A DNA stretch of 64,000 nucleotides from Candidatus Helarchaeota archaeon (GCA_019058315.1 JAHPZH010000001.1:375536-439535); one strand, 5' to 3'; counted from the first letter of the stretch, positions 10,335-20,722 are shown. The notes: generated by a model not told the origin, from the letters alone. Program-made: numbers and translations.

Positions 10335-10763
10335 ATGTCAGAAAACAAAAAAAAGGGAAAAAAATTAATTAATGAGAATAATTTCAATAACAAAACTACA
10401 AAAACTGAACAATTTAACAATTCTAATGAACTAATAAATCAATCTTTCAAAAAAAATAAAGAACAAAAAGAAAATAATGATAAACTGACGAAAAGAGTAA
10501 AACCTCATAAATTAACTGCAAAAAAAAGAATAATCAATTTTGTAACAAGAATTGATAAAGATACTTCAAAATTATTAAACGCTATGGTTGCTTTAGATAT
10601 TGCACCATCAAGGTCTTCGGCTGCTGCATCCTTAATTTCAGAAGCAATTGAAAACAATAAAGAAAAATATTTAAAAATTTTGGAAAGTTATGATACTTTA
10701 AAAGACGCTAAAGAAAAAGTTAAGTCTAATTACTATAAAACACTTAAAGAATCTAATGAGTAA
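10335..10763 (+). CDS. Ribbon-helix-helix (CopG/MetJ-like) putative regulator with coiled-coil tail, paralogue 1
   Basis: FVTRID (strand), SKLLNAMVALD (helix), SRSSAAASLISEAI (helix). Confidence 0.6.
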   Translation: MSENKKKGKKLINENNFNNKTTKTEQFNNSNELINQSFKKNKEQKENNDKLTKRVKPHKLTAKKRIINFVTRIDKDTSKLLNAMVALDIAPSRSSAAASLISEAIENNKEKYLKILESYDTLKDAKEKVKSNYYKTLKESNE

Positions 10764-11113
10764 GAATCAATAAAAAGTATTGACAAAGAATAATTTGTTA
10801 ATAAACTTGTATTAACAACCTAATTCTGCTATATATTAAAATTCTTACCTTTTTTGAATAAATTAATCCTAGTGTTTAAAATTAATATAAGAATCCACAA
10901 AACTCAATTCCCTACTTAAATAATCTATTTTTAATTTAATTTTATACATAATTAGAACAGACAAATCTTAAAATCCGATTTCAATATACTAGGAGAAATG
11001 TATTGATAAGTTATGTATTTATACAAACTTCATCACATAAAGGACTTTTACATAATTAATATATACTAATCATGAGTATTATACTTAGAAATCATTTATT
11101 TCTTACGATTAAT

Positions 11114-11458
11114 ATGTCAAAAAAAATAAAAAAAATTAAGAAAAAACCAAAAACTACACTAGATAGAATGAAGTTGGGTCAAGAAAAGAAAACCGAAAGC
11201 CTTGTGGCAAGAATTGACGATAAAACATCAAATTTATTGGATGCTATTGTTGCGTTGGATATTGCTCCCTCACGTTCTTCCGCGGCTGTTACTTTAATTT
11301 CTGAAGCTTTTGAAAAGAATAAAGAAAAATATTTAAAAATTTTAGAAAGTTATGAGGCTCTTAAAGCAGCTAAAGAAAAATTAAAGACCAACTTTTATGA
11401 ATCAATCAAAGAAACTGAAGAGGAAGAATCAGAAGAAAAAAGTGATAACGAAGAATAA
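11114..11458 (+). CDS. Ribbon-helix-helix putative regulator, paralogue 2
   Basis: LVARIDDKTSNLLDAIVALDIAPSRSSAAVTLISEAF, near-identical core to 10335; start moved from 11072 to the MSKK ATG by analogy with paralogue 1. Confidence 0.6.
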   Translation: MSKKIKKIKKKPKTTLDRMKLGQEKKTESLVARIDDKTSNLLDAIVALDIAPSRSSAAVTLISEAFEKNKEKYLKILESYEALKAAKEKLKTNFYESIKETEEEESEEKSDNEE

Positions 11459-11464
11459 TTGATT

Positions 11465-12376
11465 TTACTCTTTATTTCGAGATTTCTTTTGTTCAGCTGC
11501 CATTGGATTTTTGTCCATACAAGGAACACCGAATTGGCAGAAAGCACAACCTACTGGGGGTTTTTGTTTAAAATATTGACCATCAATGCGGCGATAATGA
11601 GGTTTTAGAATGGGTTCAAGACGTTTATTCATCACTCTCTCAATTTTACTTCCAAGTGTCCTACACTTGACTTTATCATGACCTTTTTCTGAAATAGCTC
11701 CTATAGGGCATCTATCTACACATTTTTTACATGTACCCTTTGAATAAAATAAGCAATTAGCATATGGATCATCACTTTTTCTAGGAGTTACAGTTAGAGG
11801 GGCATCAGTAATAACTGAACAGAGTCTAACATTACAACCAACTTCCGTAATTAGTCCCTCATGAAGACTAAATGTGCCTAAACCTGCAGCAAAGGCGATG
11901 TGTCTCTCTGACCAAGTAGAGTAAAATCCTGGGTAGATAGTAAAAACTTCACTTAACATCCCAGCTGTTGCTTTATATCCCTGTTCCTCAAAATATTTTA
12001 TTGTTTTTTCCATAATATCTATCTTAAATGCGTTAGCATAATTCCGTCCTATACAATAAATTTCAGCAGGAAGTCCTTTTAATCCTATGCTTTTTTCTCG
12101 AATTTCTTTGGAATATGGGCAAACAATCGATAATATACGTAGACTTACCGATAAATTCTCTTCATCTGGAAGTTCGTTTGCCACCCACATTTCAATAGGT
12201 GTCAGATGTTTCGGGGCAACAACTTTTTTAAATTTCTGGAAAATTGGATCATTACCACGAGAAACTCCAATTATGGGATTGGAAAAAATCCTTCCTCCTC
12301 CATAGCTTTCTGGAAGTCTGTTGAGTTCATTAGTAGCAAATAATTTTACTAAAAAACTTAGTACTTTTTCATTCAT
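11465..12376 (-). CDS. Epoxyqueuosine reductase (QueG)/reductive dehalogenase-like 4Fe-4S protein
   Basis: SERHIAFAAGLGTF, GCNVRLCSVITD, CKKCVDRCP, CAFCQFGVPC. Confidence 0.75.
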   Translation of the reverse strand: MNEKVLSFLVKLFATNELNRLPESYGGGRIFSNPIIGVSRGNDPIFQKFKKVVAPKHLTPIEMWVANELPDEENLSVSLRILSIVCPYSKEIREKSIGLKGLPAEIYCIGRNYANAFKIDIMEKTIKYFEEQGYKATAGMLSEVFTIYPGFYSTWSERHIAFAAGLGTFSLHEGLITEVGCNVRLCSVITDAPLTVTPRKSDDPYANCLFYSKGTCKKCVDRCPIGAISEKGHDKVKCRTLGSKIERVMNKRLEPILKPHYRRIDGQYFKQKPPVGCAFCQFGVPCMDKNPMAAEQKKSRNKE

Positions 12377-12409
12377 TTCAAATCATTATATGCTATTGCC
12401 AATATATTT

Positions 12410-13447
12410 TCAAGGATTAATCATTATTTTTAAAGAAGATTTTGGATTGTGAGCAAGATTTATTGCGTCATTTAACTTTTCAAGATTAAAATTATGAGTA
12501 ATTAACTTTTTGACATCGATTTTTCCATTTTTAATCATATTTAGACCAGTTGCATATTCATTCGGAGAGGAAGAATATGAACCAACAAAACAGGCTTCCT
12601 TTTTATAAATAAGATTAGGATCTAAAGGAAATGTTCCTTGCAATGATTCTGCAAAAAATAATACATCCCCACCTCTTCCAATTATTTTAGTACTTTCATT
12701 ATAAATAGCGGGATGGCCTACTGTTACTATAACTAAATCCACACCATTATTTCTAGTAATTTCATTGACTATATCAACAACTCCTATATTATCTGAAGGG
12801 TTTATAAGGTGAGAGGCTCCAAAAGATTCTGCATATTTTAACCGGTAATCCATTAGCTCTGTGCAGAAAATATCTGAAGCATTAAAAGCTTTTGCAATCT
12901 GAACAAAAAGTAAACCGATTGGTCCTGCTCCATAAATAAACACCGAATCTCCTTTTCTAAAACGTGTTTTTCTGAATCCCCTTAAACAACAAGCTAAAGG
13001 TTCCATGAATGCAGCTTCATCAAAACTTAATCCCTCTGGTATATGTAACATTGTATTACGGACATTAGGTTCTGGAACCCTCACATGAGTTGAAAAACCT
13101 CCAGGGTCAAGATTTGTCTTTAAGTATTGATCGCATAATGAATGATGATCTTTTTGACAATAATGGCATACTCCACAACCTGCATGATGGGCTAGGGCTA
13201 CTTTATCTCCCACTTTAAATTCAGTTACCTTTTCACCAAGATCTATAATTTCTCCAGAAACTTCATGTCCAAGGACAATTGGTGTTTTTACAGTTTTATG
13301 TATGGCTTTATGAACGTCAGTTCCGCAAATTCCACAAGATTTGACCCGAACTAAAGCTTCTTGAGCACTAATTTTAGGAAGAGGAAGTTCTTCAACTTTA
13401 AAATCCCCTATATCATAATAAAAAGCCGCCTTCATGTTTTCTTTCAT
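12410..13447 (-). CDS. Zn-dependent alcohol/polyol dehydrogenase (MDR family)
   Basis: CGICGTD, GHEVSG, structural Zn CGVCHYC...C, GAGPIG. Confidence 0.9.
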   Translation of the reverse strand: MKENMKAAFYYDIGDFKVEELPLPKISAQEALVRVKSCGICGTDVHKAIHKTVKTPIVLGHEVSGEIIDLGEKVTEFKVGDKVALAHHAGCGVCHYCQKDHHSLCDQYLKTNLDPGGFSTHVRVPEPNVRNTMLHIPEGLSFDEAAFMEPLACCLRGFRKTRFRKGDSVFIYGAGPIGLLFVQIAKAFNASDIFCTELMDYRLKYAESFGASHLINPSDNIGVVDIVNEITRNNGVDLVIVTVGHPAIYNESTKIIGRGGDVLFFAESLQGTFPLDPNLIYKKEACFVGSYSSSPNEYATGLNMIKNGKIDVKKLITHNFNLEKLNDAINLAHNPKSSLKIMINP

Positions 13448-13512
13448 AAGGATCTATCCAAATAGAATTAAAAAATTAAGTAGGATAATTTAATTTAACA
13501 AAAGAAAAAGTT

Positions 13513-14523
13513 TTAGAATGTTCTTTCTTTTAAAGCTAATTCATTATTATCTATGAATTGAAATATTTCCTCAACTTTTGATGGAAATCCTTCTCTGACT
13601 CCTAATACCATGCATTCAAACGCAGAAAATGCTGTAGCAAATTTAGTAGTTTCAACTAAAGAAAAATTATTCAATTTACTATAAATAACTCCTGCCATAA
13701 AAGCATCTCCTGCACCTGTTGTATCCTTTGCATCAATTTTATAAATTGGGGCAGTGATAATATTGGTTCCATCAGTGACATAAGAGCCATTTTTTCCATC
13801 TGTGCAGGCAATTAATTTGATATTCCAACTAAAAACTTTTTGAATTGCATCTTCTAAATTCGATTCTCCAGTAAGGACAGTAAGTTCTTCTTTGTTTAAT
13901 GAAAGTACATCTGACTGTTTAACAAATTCAATAGCAGAATCCAGTTTTTTTGATAAAATTGACATAGAAGGGGCTGCAAAAATGGGAGCATTTTTCTCTT
14001 TCATTAGATCAATACAACGTTGAATAGTAGCCGTAGCCGTTTTTGAGGTTAGACTAGTCCAAACCAAAGCTCTTGATTTTTTAATTATATCATCATTTAA
14101 TTCATCTGGAGTAATTAAGTTATTTGCACCTTTATACGATAAAATGGACCTGTCTTTTCCCCATGGAGTGAGAAGGATAACCGATAGTCCTGTAGCAACG
14201 CTTTTATCTAAGAAGACTGAATCTATATTGACATTATTATCCTCTAAATCCTTAATACATTCATGCCCTAAAAAATCGTCACCCAACTTTCCTATATATG
14301 CAGTCTTCATATTTAAATATCTTAAATCCACCGAAATGTTAGCTGCACTTCCCCCTGTAACAAAATGCAACTCTTCAACATTTAATTTTGTCGAATACTC
14401 AATTGCTGTATATTTCTTAACAAATCCTTGATCAAACGTTTGTAATCGCATAACATCTGAAACACCAATAATTACGTCTATACACGCCGACCCAATACAT
14501 GCAACATCAATCATTTCGCTCAT
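13513..14523 (-). CDS. PfkB/ribokinase family carbohydrate kinase
   Basis: GGSAANIS, GKLGDDFLG, NKEE, DTTGAGDAF. Confidence 0.92.
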   Translation of the reverse strand: MSEMIDVACIGSACIDVIIGVSDVMRLQTFDQGFVKKYTAIEYSTKLNVEELHFVTGGSAANISVDLRYLNMKTAYIGKLGDDFLGHECIKDLEDNNVNIDSVFLDKSVATGLSVILLTPWGKDRSILSYKGANNLITPDELNDDIIKKSRALVWTSLTSKTATATIQRCIDLMKEKNAPIFAAPSMSILSKKLDSAIEFVKQSDVLSLNKEELTVLTGESNLEDAIQKVFSWNIKLIACTDGKNGSYVTDGTNIITAPIYKIDAKDTTGAGDAFMAGVIYSKLNNFSLVETTKFATAFSAFECMVLGVREGFPSKVEEIFQFIDNNELALKERTF

Positions 14524-14683
14524 ATTTATTCTATCCTTAATCTTATTTGTAACCTTTATTTTTTTATCAACTTATTAATTTTTTTTAATAATCAAAGTAA
14601 TTATATTTCGGATAAATATTTCAATAGATTACTTTAAAATGATCTTGATAACTTTGTGGATACGAATTTAACGGTGAAATTAT

Positions 14684-15916
14684 TTGAATTTGAATTTAAA
14701 GCTAGAATATTATCCTAAAGTTAAAAATGAACAATTAAAAGAATATTTTACAAATATTAGGAATAATATAAAAAAATGGGACTCTCCTTTTTTTACTGAT
14801 ACTGAATCTTACTTGAATATGGAAAAAATTAAACAAGTAACCAGAGAAAATATAGATAAAAACATAGAAAACACCATTATTTTAGGAACAGGAGGGTCAA
14901 TTCAAACACTTCTTGCATTAAAACATTTATCTAATAAAAAAATTTTCCCAATACCAAGTTCTAGGAGTGTTGAACTAAAGGGATGCTTAGATAAAACAAC
15001 ACCAGAAAATTCTATTGTTATTCCTATCTCAAGAGGCGGTAAAACATTAGATGTGAATTCAACAATTGGAGTATTTTTAAAACTCGGATATAAATTTTTA
15101 GGAATATCCTCAAAAGGTCCCATGAATGAAATGTTAAAAGAGATTAAATGCCCAATTCTAGAAGTTCCAGATCTTTCAGGTCGCTTCGCTGGGTCTATTA
15201 GTAATGTTGGAATAGTTCCCGCTTTGGTTTCTGGGGTTAAGGTTGAATCTTTTCTAAAAGGATTACAAGAAGGTTATAAATTATTTATGAATAATGATCT
15301 CAATCCTAGTATCGAAATGGCGTCATTTTTGTTCAATTTGTATCAAAAAGGATATAAAGTCGTCTTTTCTATGCCATATTCTAAAAATATTGAAGAAAGT
15401 GTTGCATTATTTGTCCAAGAGATTTCTGAGAGCACAGGTAAAGATGAAAAAGGTTTAATGGGTGCATATCAATCCGCTCCATTATGTCAACATTCGGTGT
15501 TAGAATATCTTTTGGGTGGTAGTAAGGGAGCCGTCATTCCTATACTATGGATAGTTGAAAAAGAAATTCCAGATTTAATTTTAGATTCGTCAATTGATTA
15601 TGTTAACGGTCAGACCGCACAAACTATTGTGAATTATCAAGCAGATGCAACTTTTCAAGCTTTAATTGAAGAATCCGTTCCTTCGGCAAAAATAACAATT
15701 AATACCCCAGAAGCAGCTAATATTGGATATTTAATTTCATTTATTCAATCTACAGTTTATTATCTATGTTTGTTATTGGACGTAAATTGGGCGAACAATC
15801 CAAAGGTAGTGATTGGTAAAAATATCTGTAATGAGGCATTGAAAAATAAAATTCCCTCGGATCAGCGAACAGAAACAAGAAAAAAAATCGCAAATGAAAA
15901 ATTCAAAAATTTTTAA
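14684..15916 (+). CDS. SIS-domain sugar-phosphate isomerase, divergent glucose-6-phosphate isomerase-like
   Basis: LGTGGS, ISRGGKT, SGRF, QEISESTGK, QHS, PKVVIGK. Confidence 0.75.
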   Translation: MNLNLKLEYYPKVKNEQLKEYFTNIRNNIKKWDSPFFTDTESYLNMEKIKQVTRENIDKNIENTIILGTGGSIQTLLALKHLSNKKIFPIPSSRSVELKGCLDKTTPENSIVIPISRGGKTLDVNSTIGVFLKLGYKFLGISSKGPMNEMLKEIKCPILEVPDLSGRFAGSISNVGIVPALVSGVKVESFLKGLQEGYKLFMNNDLNPSIEMASFLFNLYQKGYKVVFSMPYSKNIEESVALFVQEISESTGKDEKGLMGAYQSAPLCQHSVLEYLLGGSKGAVIPILWIVEKEIPDLILDSSIDYVNGQTAQTIVNYQADATFQALIEESVPSAKITINTPEAANIGYLISFIQSTVYYLCLLLDVNWANNPKVVIGKNICNEALKNKIPSDQRTETRKKIANEKFKNF

Positions 15917-16005
15917 TAGGAATGAGTGAAAATTAATGAAATTATATTTATTTTTAAAATTAGCTTATTAAATTTTAAGATATCATAATTAATATCAAAC
16001 CGATA

Positions 16006-17229
16006 ATGGAGAAGAAAATGACTATAACGCGAATGATAATGCCAAAACTAGGCATGACAATGGAAGAAGGTACAGTAGTTCAATGGCTAAAGAAGGAAGG
16101 TGACACTGTTGAAAAAGGTGAAAAAATTCTGGAGATTGAGACCGATAAAGTTACAATTGAGGTGGAGGCACCAGCTACTGGTGTTCTCCGAAAAATTATA
16201 GCAGCTGAAAACAAAATCGTCCCAATTGGGAGAACAATCGCTATAATCGCTGATTCAGATGAAGAAATCGATTTGGAAGCTATTATGGTGGAAGAAACTC
16301 GCACTTTACCAAGCATAACTCTACCCGCTGCTCCAATTTCACACGCAGTAGAAAGACCCACGGGAAGAATAATAACCTCTCCAAGAGCAAAAAAATTTGC
16401 AAAGGAAAAAAATGTAGATTTAAGATACATAAGAGGCACTGGACCTGGTGGACGAATTATTGAGAAGGATGTTATTAATTATTTAGAGCAACCAACGGAT
16501 TTGACGCGAACTGGAGTAAAAATTAAAGAAATTCTTCCTATTAGAGGTATCCGTAAAGTAATTGCTGAAAGAATGTCAAGTAGCTTGCAGACAGCTGCCC
16601 AATTAACGATTACAATGGAAGCGGATGTCTCAGATTTAGCAAGATTTCGCAACTTAATTTTGCCAACAATTGAAAAAAAAGAAGGAATTCGAGTTTCATA
16701 TACTGAAATCCTAGTAAAAGTCGTAGCAAAAGTCCTTGAAGAATTTCCAATTGTTAATTCTATCATTGAGGACAATAGAATAAAATTATTGGATGAGATA
16801 AATATTGGAGTTGCTGTAGCAGCAGAAGAGGCATTAATTGTTCCAGTTATTCATGATGCAAATAAAAAATCTATTTTGGAAATTTCTAAAGTCTCAAAAG
16901 ACCTAATTAATAAAACAAGATCTGGTAAATTATCTTTAAACGACCTAAGTAAGGGAACATTTACAGTTACCAATTTAGGGATGTTTGGAGTCGATATTTT
17001 TACACCGATTTTAAATCCTCCTGAAAGTGGAATTCTTGGGGTTGGTCGTATAATTAAAAAGTGGTTGGTAAAAAATGGGGAAGAACAACCCAAAATAGCT
17101 CCAACAATGCAATTGAGCCTTACTTGGGATCATAGAGTAATAGATGGTCATATTGCCGCTCAATTCTTGAGGAGGATAAAAGAAATAATCGAAAATTATA
17201 ATCAATTATTTAGTTTTAAATGGATTTGA
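16006..17229 (+). CDS. 2-oxoacid/acetoin dehydrogenase E2 (dihydrolipoamide acyltransferase)
   Basis: Lipoyl ETDKV, E3-binding GTGPGGRI, catalytic DHRVIDG. Confidence 0.95.
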   Translation: MEKKMTITRMIMPKLGMTMEEGTVVQWLKKEGDTVEKGEKILEIETDKVTIEVEAPATGVLRKIIAAENKIVPIGRTIAIIADSDEEIDLEAIMVEETRTLPSITLPAAPISHAVERPTGRIITSPRAKKFAKEKNVDLRYIRGTGPGGRIIEKDVINYLEQPTDLTRTGVKIKEILPIRGIRKVIAERMSSSLQTAAQLTITMEADVSDLARFRNLILPTIEKKEGIRVSYTEILVKVVAKVLEEFPIVNSIIEDNRIKLLDEINIGVAVAAEEALIVPVIHDANKKSILEISKVSKDLINKTRSGKLSLNDLSKGTFTVTNLGMFGVDIFTPILNPPESGILGVGRIIKKWLVKNGEEQPKIAPTMQLSLTWDHRVIDGHIAAQFLRRIKEIIENYNQLFSFKWI

Positions 17230-17261
17230 GAAAATAACTTACGCATAGCTAGAAATCTATT

Positions 17262-17801
17262 TTATATCGGACTAATTTTAAGAATACAACCATCTTTGGT
17301 AACATTTATCTCAGTTTTTAACCCAAAATCAGTAGATTCTTCAAACATTTTATTGCAAAAATAACAAGGGTATTCTTCAGGTATAAATTGTTTATCCCTT
17401 TTCCCATATTTGCGTAAAGCTTTACGAAATTGACATTTTTTTAATTCTAAAATTGCTAATTTATCACTAACTTCGAGATGGTAGTGCTTTAATTTATGAA
17501 CCCATTGAAATTTCCGTACAAATCCTTTTAGAAATTGACTAATCATAAAATTTTTTGGTAATTTCCGTATAGCTGCCTTAAGGATAGGATTACTTAGCGG
17601 GGTATTACTTAAATTTTTAAATTTCTCAACTTGAAAATCTAAAAATTTCTTTAAATCAATTCCATTATCTAGACAAAATGAGCATATCGAGTTCTGTGTC
17701 ATATGCCAAATCTCTAAACACGCCTGCCATTTTTCATTATCACTCAATTCATCAGTAATTTCTTTTCCTTTTTTTATTTCTGTTTTCTTAGTTTTTTCCA
17801 A
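17262..17801 (-). CDS. Hypothetical protein, possibly V4R/ATC-hydrolase-like fold
   Basis: Cys pattern LKKCQF...PCYFC...DGCILKI; TTG start. Confidence 0.45.
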   Translation of the reverse strand: MEKTKKTEIKKGKEITDELSDNEKWQACLEIWHMTQNSICSFCLDNGIDLKKFLDFQVEKFKNLSNTPLSNPILKAAIRKLPKNFMISQFLKGFVRKFQWVHKLKHYHLEVSDKLAILELKKCQFRKALRKYGKRDKQFIPEEYPCYFCNKMFEESTDFGLKTEINVTKDGCILKISPI

Positions 17802-17902
17802 TTTAGGTTCCCCACTGTTTTATGTTTTAATAAATACAATTTAATTATATTTTAAAATATAATAGCTTATTAGTTGAAAATAGAAGCATGATTTTGATTT
17901 AA

Positions 17903-19447
17903 ATGAATGAAAAAATGAACGTATTACTCATAATAACAGATCAACAGCGGGCTGATCACCTTTCTTGTGCAGGAAATTCAGTTTTAAAGACTCCTAATAT
18001 TGATTCCATAGCAAAAAATGGAGTAAGGTTTACAAATTATTTTTGCACAAATCCAATGTGTATGCCTAATAGAGCGACACTCTTTACAGGGTTATATCCA
18101 AATATGCATGGTGTTAGATGTAACGGAATTAATCTTCCCCCTGAAATTCCAACTATAACTCAAACCCTTAGAAAGAAAGGGTATCACACTATATCTATTG
18201 GAAAAATACACTTTCAACATTATTCTCCAGTAATTAAAAGAAATGCTAAATCATGGGAAAGTATGGATGATTGGACTAGTGAAAAAAAAGGAAAAAGAGT
18301 ACGAGAGAATTTTCCTTTGCCATATTATGGATTTAATGAGGTGGAAATTACTTTAGGTCACGGGGATATCATGACAGGACATTACCAAGATTGGCTAAAG
18401 GAAAAAGCACCCCAACTTAGTAATTATCTAGGAAAGAGATTGGCTCAAAGATGGATGTTAATGCGTTATTTATATGATGAAACTGAATTACCCGAAGAAT
18501 ATTTTCCAACTTCTTATGTTACTGAGAGGACTATTGCGTTTCTTGAAAGATTTGCACAGGGAAAATACGATGATGAGTCCTTTTTCTTACATTGTTCAAT
18601 CCCCGACCCGCATCATCCTGCTTGTCCTCCAGGAAAATATAAAAATATGTATAAACCAGAAGATATAGAACTTCCACCGAATTATATTGACATGGATAAT
18701 TTATCTAATCACAATTTTTTAGGTAACAATATTAAAAAATCAAATTTTAAAGATCAATCAGGGTTGGTCAAGCTATTGGAAATAACCCCAGAAGAAAAAG
18801 TACGAAAATTTATTTCATATACCTATGGATCTATTGCTTTAATTGATTATAATATTGGAAAAATCTTATCTACATTAAAAAATCTTGGTTTAGAAAAGAA
18901 TACAATGGTAATTTTTACAAGCGATCATGGGGATCTAATGGGAGATCATGGACTAACTCTAAAAGGACCGGTCCCTTTCAAAGGAGTTTTAAATATTCCA
19001 TTAATTTGGAAAGTTCCTGGATTAACTAAAAACGCGGTATCATCTTCTCTCGTAAGTTCAGTTGATATTCCAAAAACAATTCTTAAAATTTTAGGAATTA
19101 GAGATAAAACGCTTATAAGAACGTTTCAAGGATTTAATCTTACTCCAATTCTAAAAGATCCAAATCAAAGGATAAGGGATTGTTGTCTTGTAGAGGAAGA
19201 TGAAGAGGGAGGTTTTTTAAAAACTAGATTAAGACATTTGATAACTGAAAATTACAAATTAACTATCTATGAGGACTTTGAAAATTTTGGAGATCTCTAT
19301 AATCGTGATGATGATCCAGGAGAGACAAATAATTTATGGAATAATGATAAATTCAAAGATATACGTAATAATTTATTGAGAAAAATGTTACATGAATCAC
19401 TTAAGATTCAAAGTAGATATCCTGAAACACAAGCTAATATCATTTAA
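17903..19447 (+). CDS. Formylglycine-dependent sulfatase
   Basis: ITDQQR, CMPNRATLFTG (CxPxR), GKIH, DPHHP, SDHG. Confidence 0.93.
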   Translation: MNEKMNVLLIITDQQRADHLSCAGNSVLKTPNIDSIAKNGVRFTNYFCTNPMCMPNRATLFTGLYPNMHGVRCNGINLPPEIPTITQTLRKKGYHTISIGKIHFQHYSPVIKRNAKSWESMDDWTSEKKGKRVRENFPLPYYGFNEVEITLGHGDIMTGHYQDWLKEKAPQLSNYLGKRLAQRWMLMRYLYDETELPEEYFPTSYVTERTIAFLERFAQGKYDDESFFLHCSIPDPHHPACPPGKYKNMYKPEDIELPPNYIDMDNLSNHNFLGNNIKKSNFKDQSGLVKLLEITPEEKVRKFISYTYGSIALIDYNIGKILSTLKNLGLEKNTMVIFTSDHGDLMGDHGLTLKGPVPFKGVLNIPLIWKVPGLTKNAVSSSLVSSVDIPKTILKILGIRDKTLIRTFQGFNLTPILKDPNQRIRDCCLVEEDEEGGFLKTRLRHLITENYKLTIYEDFENFGDLYNRDDDPGETNNLWNNDKFKDIRNNLLRKMLHESLKIQSRYPETQANII

Positions 19448-19514
19448 AAAGATTTGTTAAATTTTTAAAATATAGGTTTATTAGATATGGTTAGTAATAT
19501 TTTGAGTTTATTAA

Positions 19515-20363
19515 ATGGAAAAACCAGACTGGCTTAAGGTTAATATAAATCTTAACGAATTCGAAAAAGTATCGAATTTATTAAAAAAATTAAATTTAAA
19601 TGTAGTATGTTACCATGCTGCTTGTCCTAATATAGGGGAGTGTTTTGCGAAACATACTGCAACATTCTTAATTCTTGGAAATATTTGCACTCGAAATTGT
19701 GCATTTTGTTCTATTAAAAAAGGAGATCCTCTTCCACCAGATCCCAATGAACCAAAAAATGTAGCTCAAGCTGTTAAGGAATTAAATATAAGACATGCAG
19801 TTATTACTTCTGTTACTCGAGATGACCTTCCAGACTTTGGTTCAACACAATTTGTGAAGACAATACAAGAAATTCGTAATATTCAACCTCAGACTATAAT
19901 TGAAGTTTTAATTCCCGATTTTAATGGCTCACTTACAGCACTAAAGAGGATTATAGAGGAAAAACCTGAAATAATTAATCATAATCTTGAAACAGTTCCT
20001 CGATTATATTCTAAAATAAGACCTCAAGCGAATTATAAAACCTCTTTGGGGATTCTTAAACAAGTTAAAAGGTTAAATTCAAATATTTTTACAAAATCCG
20101 GAATAATGTTAGGACTAGGGGAGACAGAAGATGAAATTATATCTCTAATGAAAGACTTGAGAACTGTTAAATGTGATATTTTAACAATTGGACAATATCT
20201 ACAACCTTCTAAAGAGCAAATCGAGGTTATTGAATATATTAAACCATCTACTTTTCAAAAATTTAAATCTATGGGGGAATCCATTGGGTTTTTATATGTG
20301 AATTCTGGACCATTGGTAAGAAGCTCATTTAATGCAGAAGATTTTTCAAAAAAACATATCTGA
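19515..20363 (+). CDS. lipA: Lipoyl synthase
   Basis: CYHAACPNIGEC, CTRNCAFC, NHNLETV, GQYLQP, VRSS. Confidence 0.96.
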   Translation: MEKPDWLKVNINLNEFEKVSNLLKKLNLNVVCYHAACPNIGECFAKHTATFLILGNICTRNCAFCSIKKGDPLPPDPNEPKNVAQAVKELNIRHAVITSVTRDDLPDFGSTQFVKTIQEIRNIQPQTIIEVLIPDFNGSLTALKRIIEEKPEIINHNLETVPRLYSKIRPQANYKTSLGILKQVKRLNSNIFTKSGIMLGLGETEDEIISLMKDLRTVKCDILTIGQYLQPSKEQIEVIEYIKPSTFQKFKSMGESIGFLYVNSGPLVRSSFNAEDFSKKHI

Positions 20364-20440
20364 ATAAATCCATATAAAAAAAATTAAATTTAAAAAATCA
20401 AAAGACTATCTAATCAAAATTATTAACTTAGATTAAAGAA

Positions 20441-20722
20441 ATGACTAAAATGTCAGACCTCGAAGAAATTAAATTCAATAATTTACAAAAAGTAATCGAA
20501 TTAGCAAAGTCAATGAACGTTCTAGTGATGGATGAGTTATTATTCGAAAAAGCAGAAATTGAAAAACAACCAGTTAATATCATTTTCAAAATTCACGATG
20601 ATGAAAGTATTATCCAAATCTTCCTCGGACTTGCAAAATTCTTCAATACTCTTATAATCCAAAAAGGATATGTCTTTTATATTATAACAACAGATCATCT
20701 AAGTCTCGAGCTTCATTGTTAA
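20441..20722 (+). CDS. Hypothetical protein
   Basis: 93-aa ORF filling the gap; T-rich tract downstream. Confidence 0.6.
   Translation: MTKMSDLEEIKFNNLQKVIELAKSMNVLVMDELLFEKAEIEKQPVNIIFKIHDDESIIQIFLGLAKFFNTLIIQKGYVFYIITTDHLSLELHC

Noticed and set aside
10795-10818. 9-bp hairpin ttgttaata-N6-tattaacaa after the first RHH gene
   Set aside because: Short and AT-rich; not distinguishable from chance
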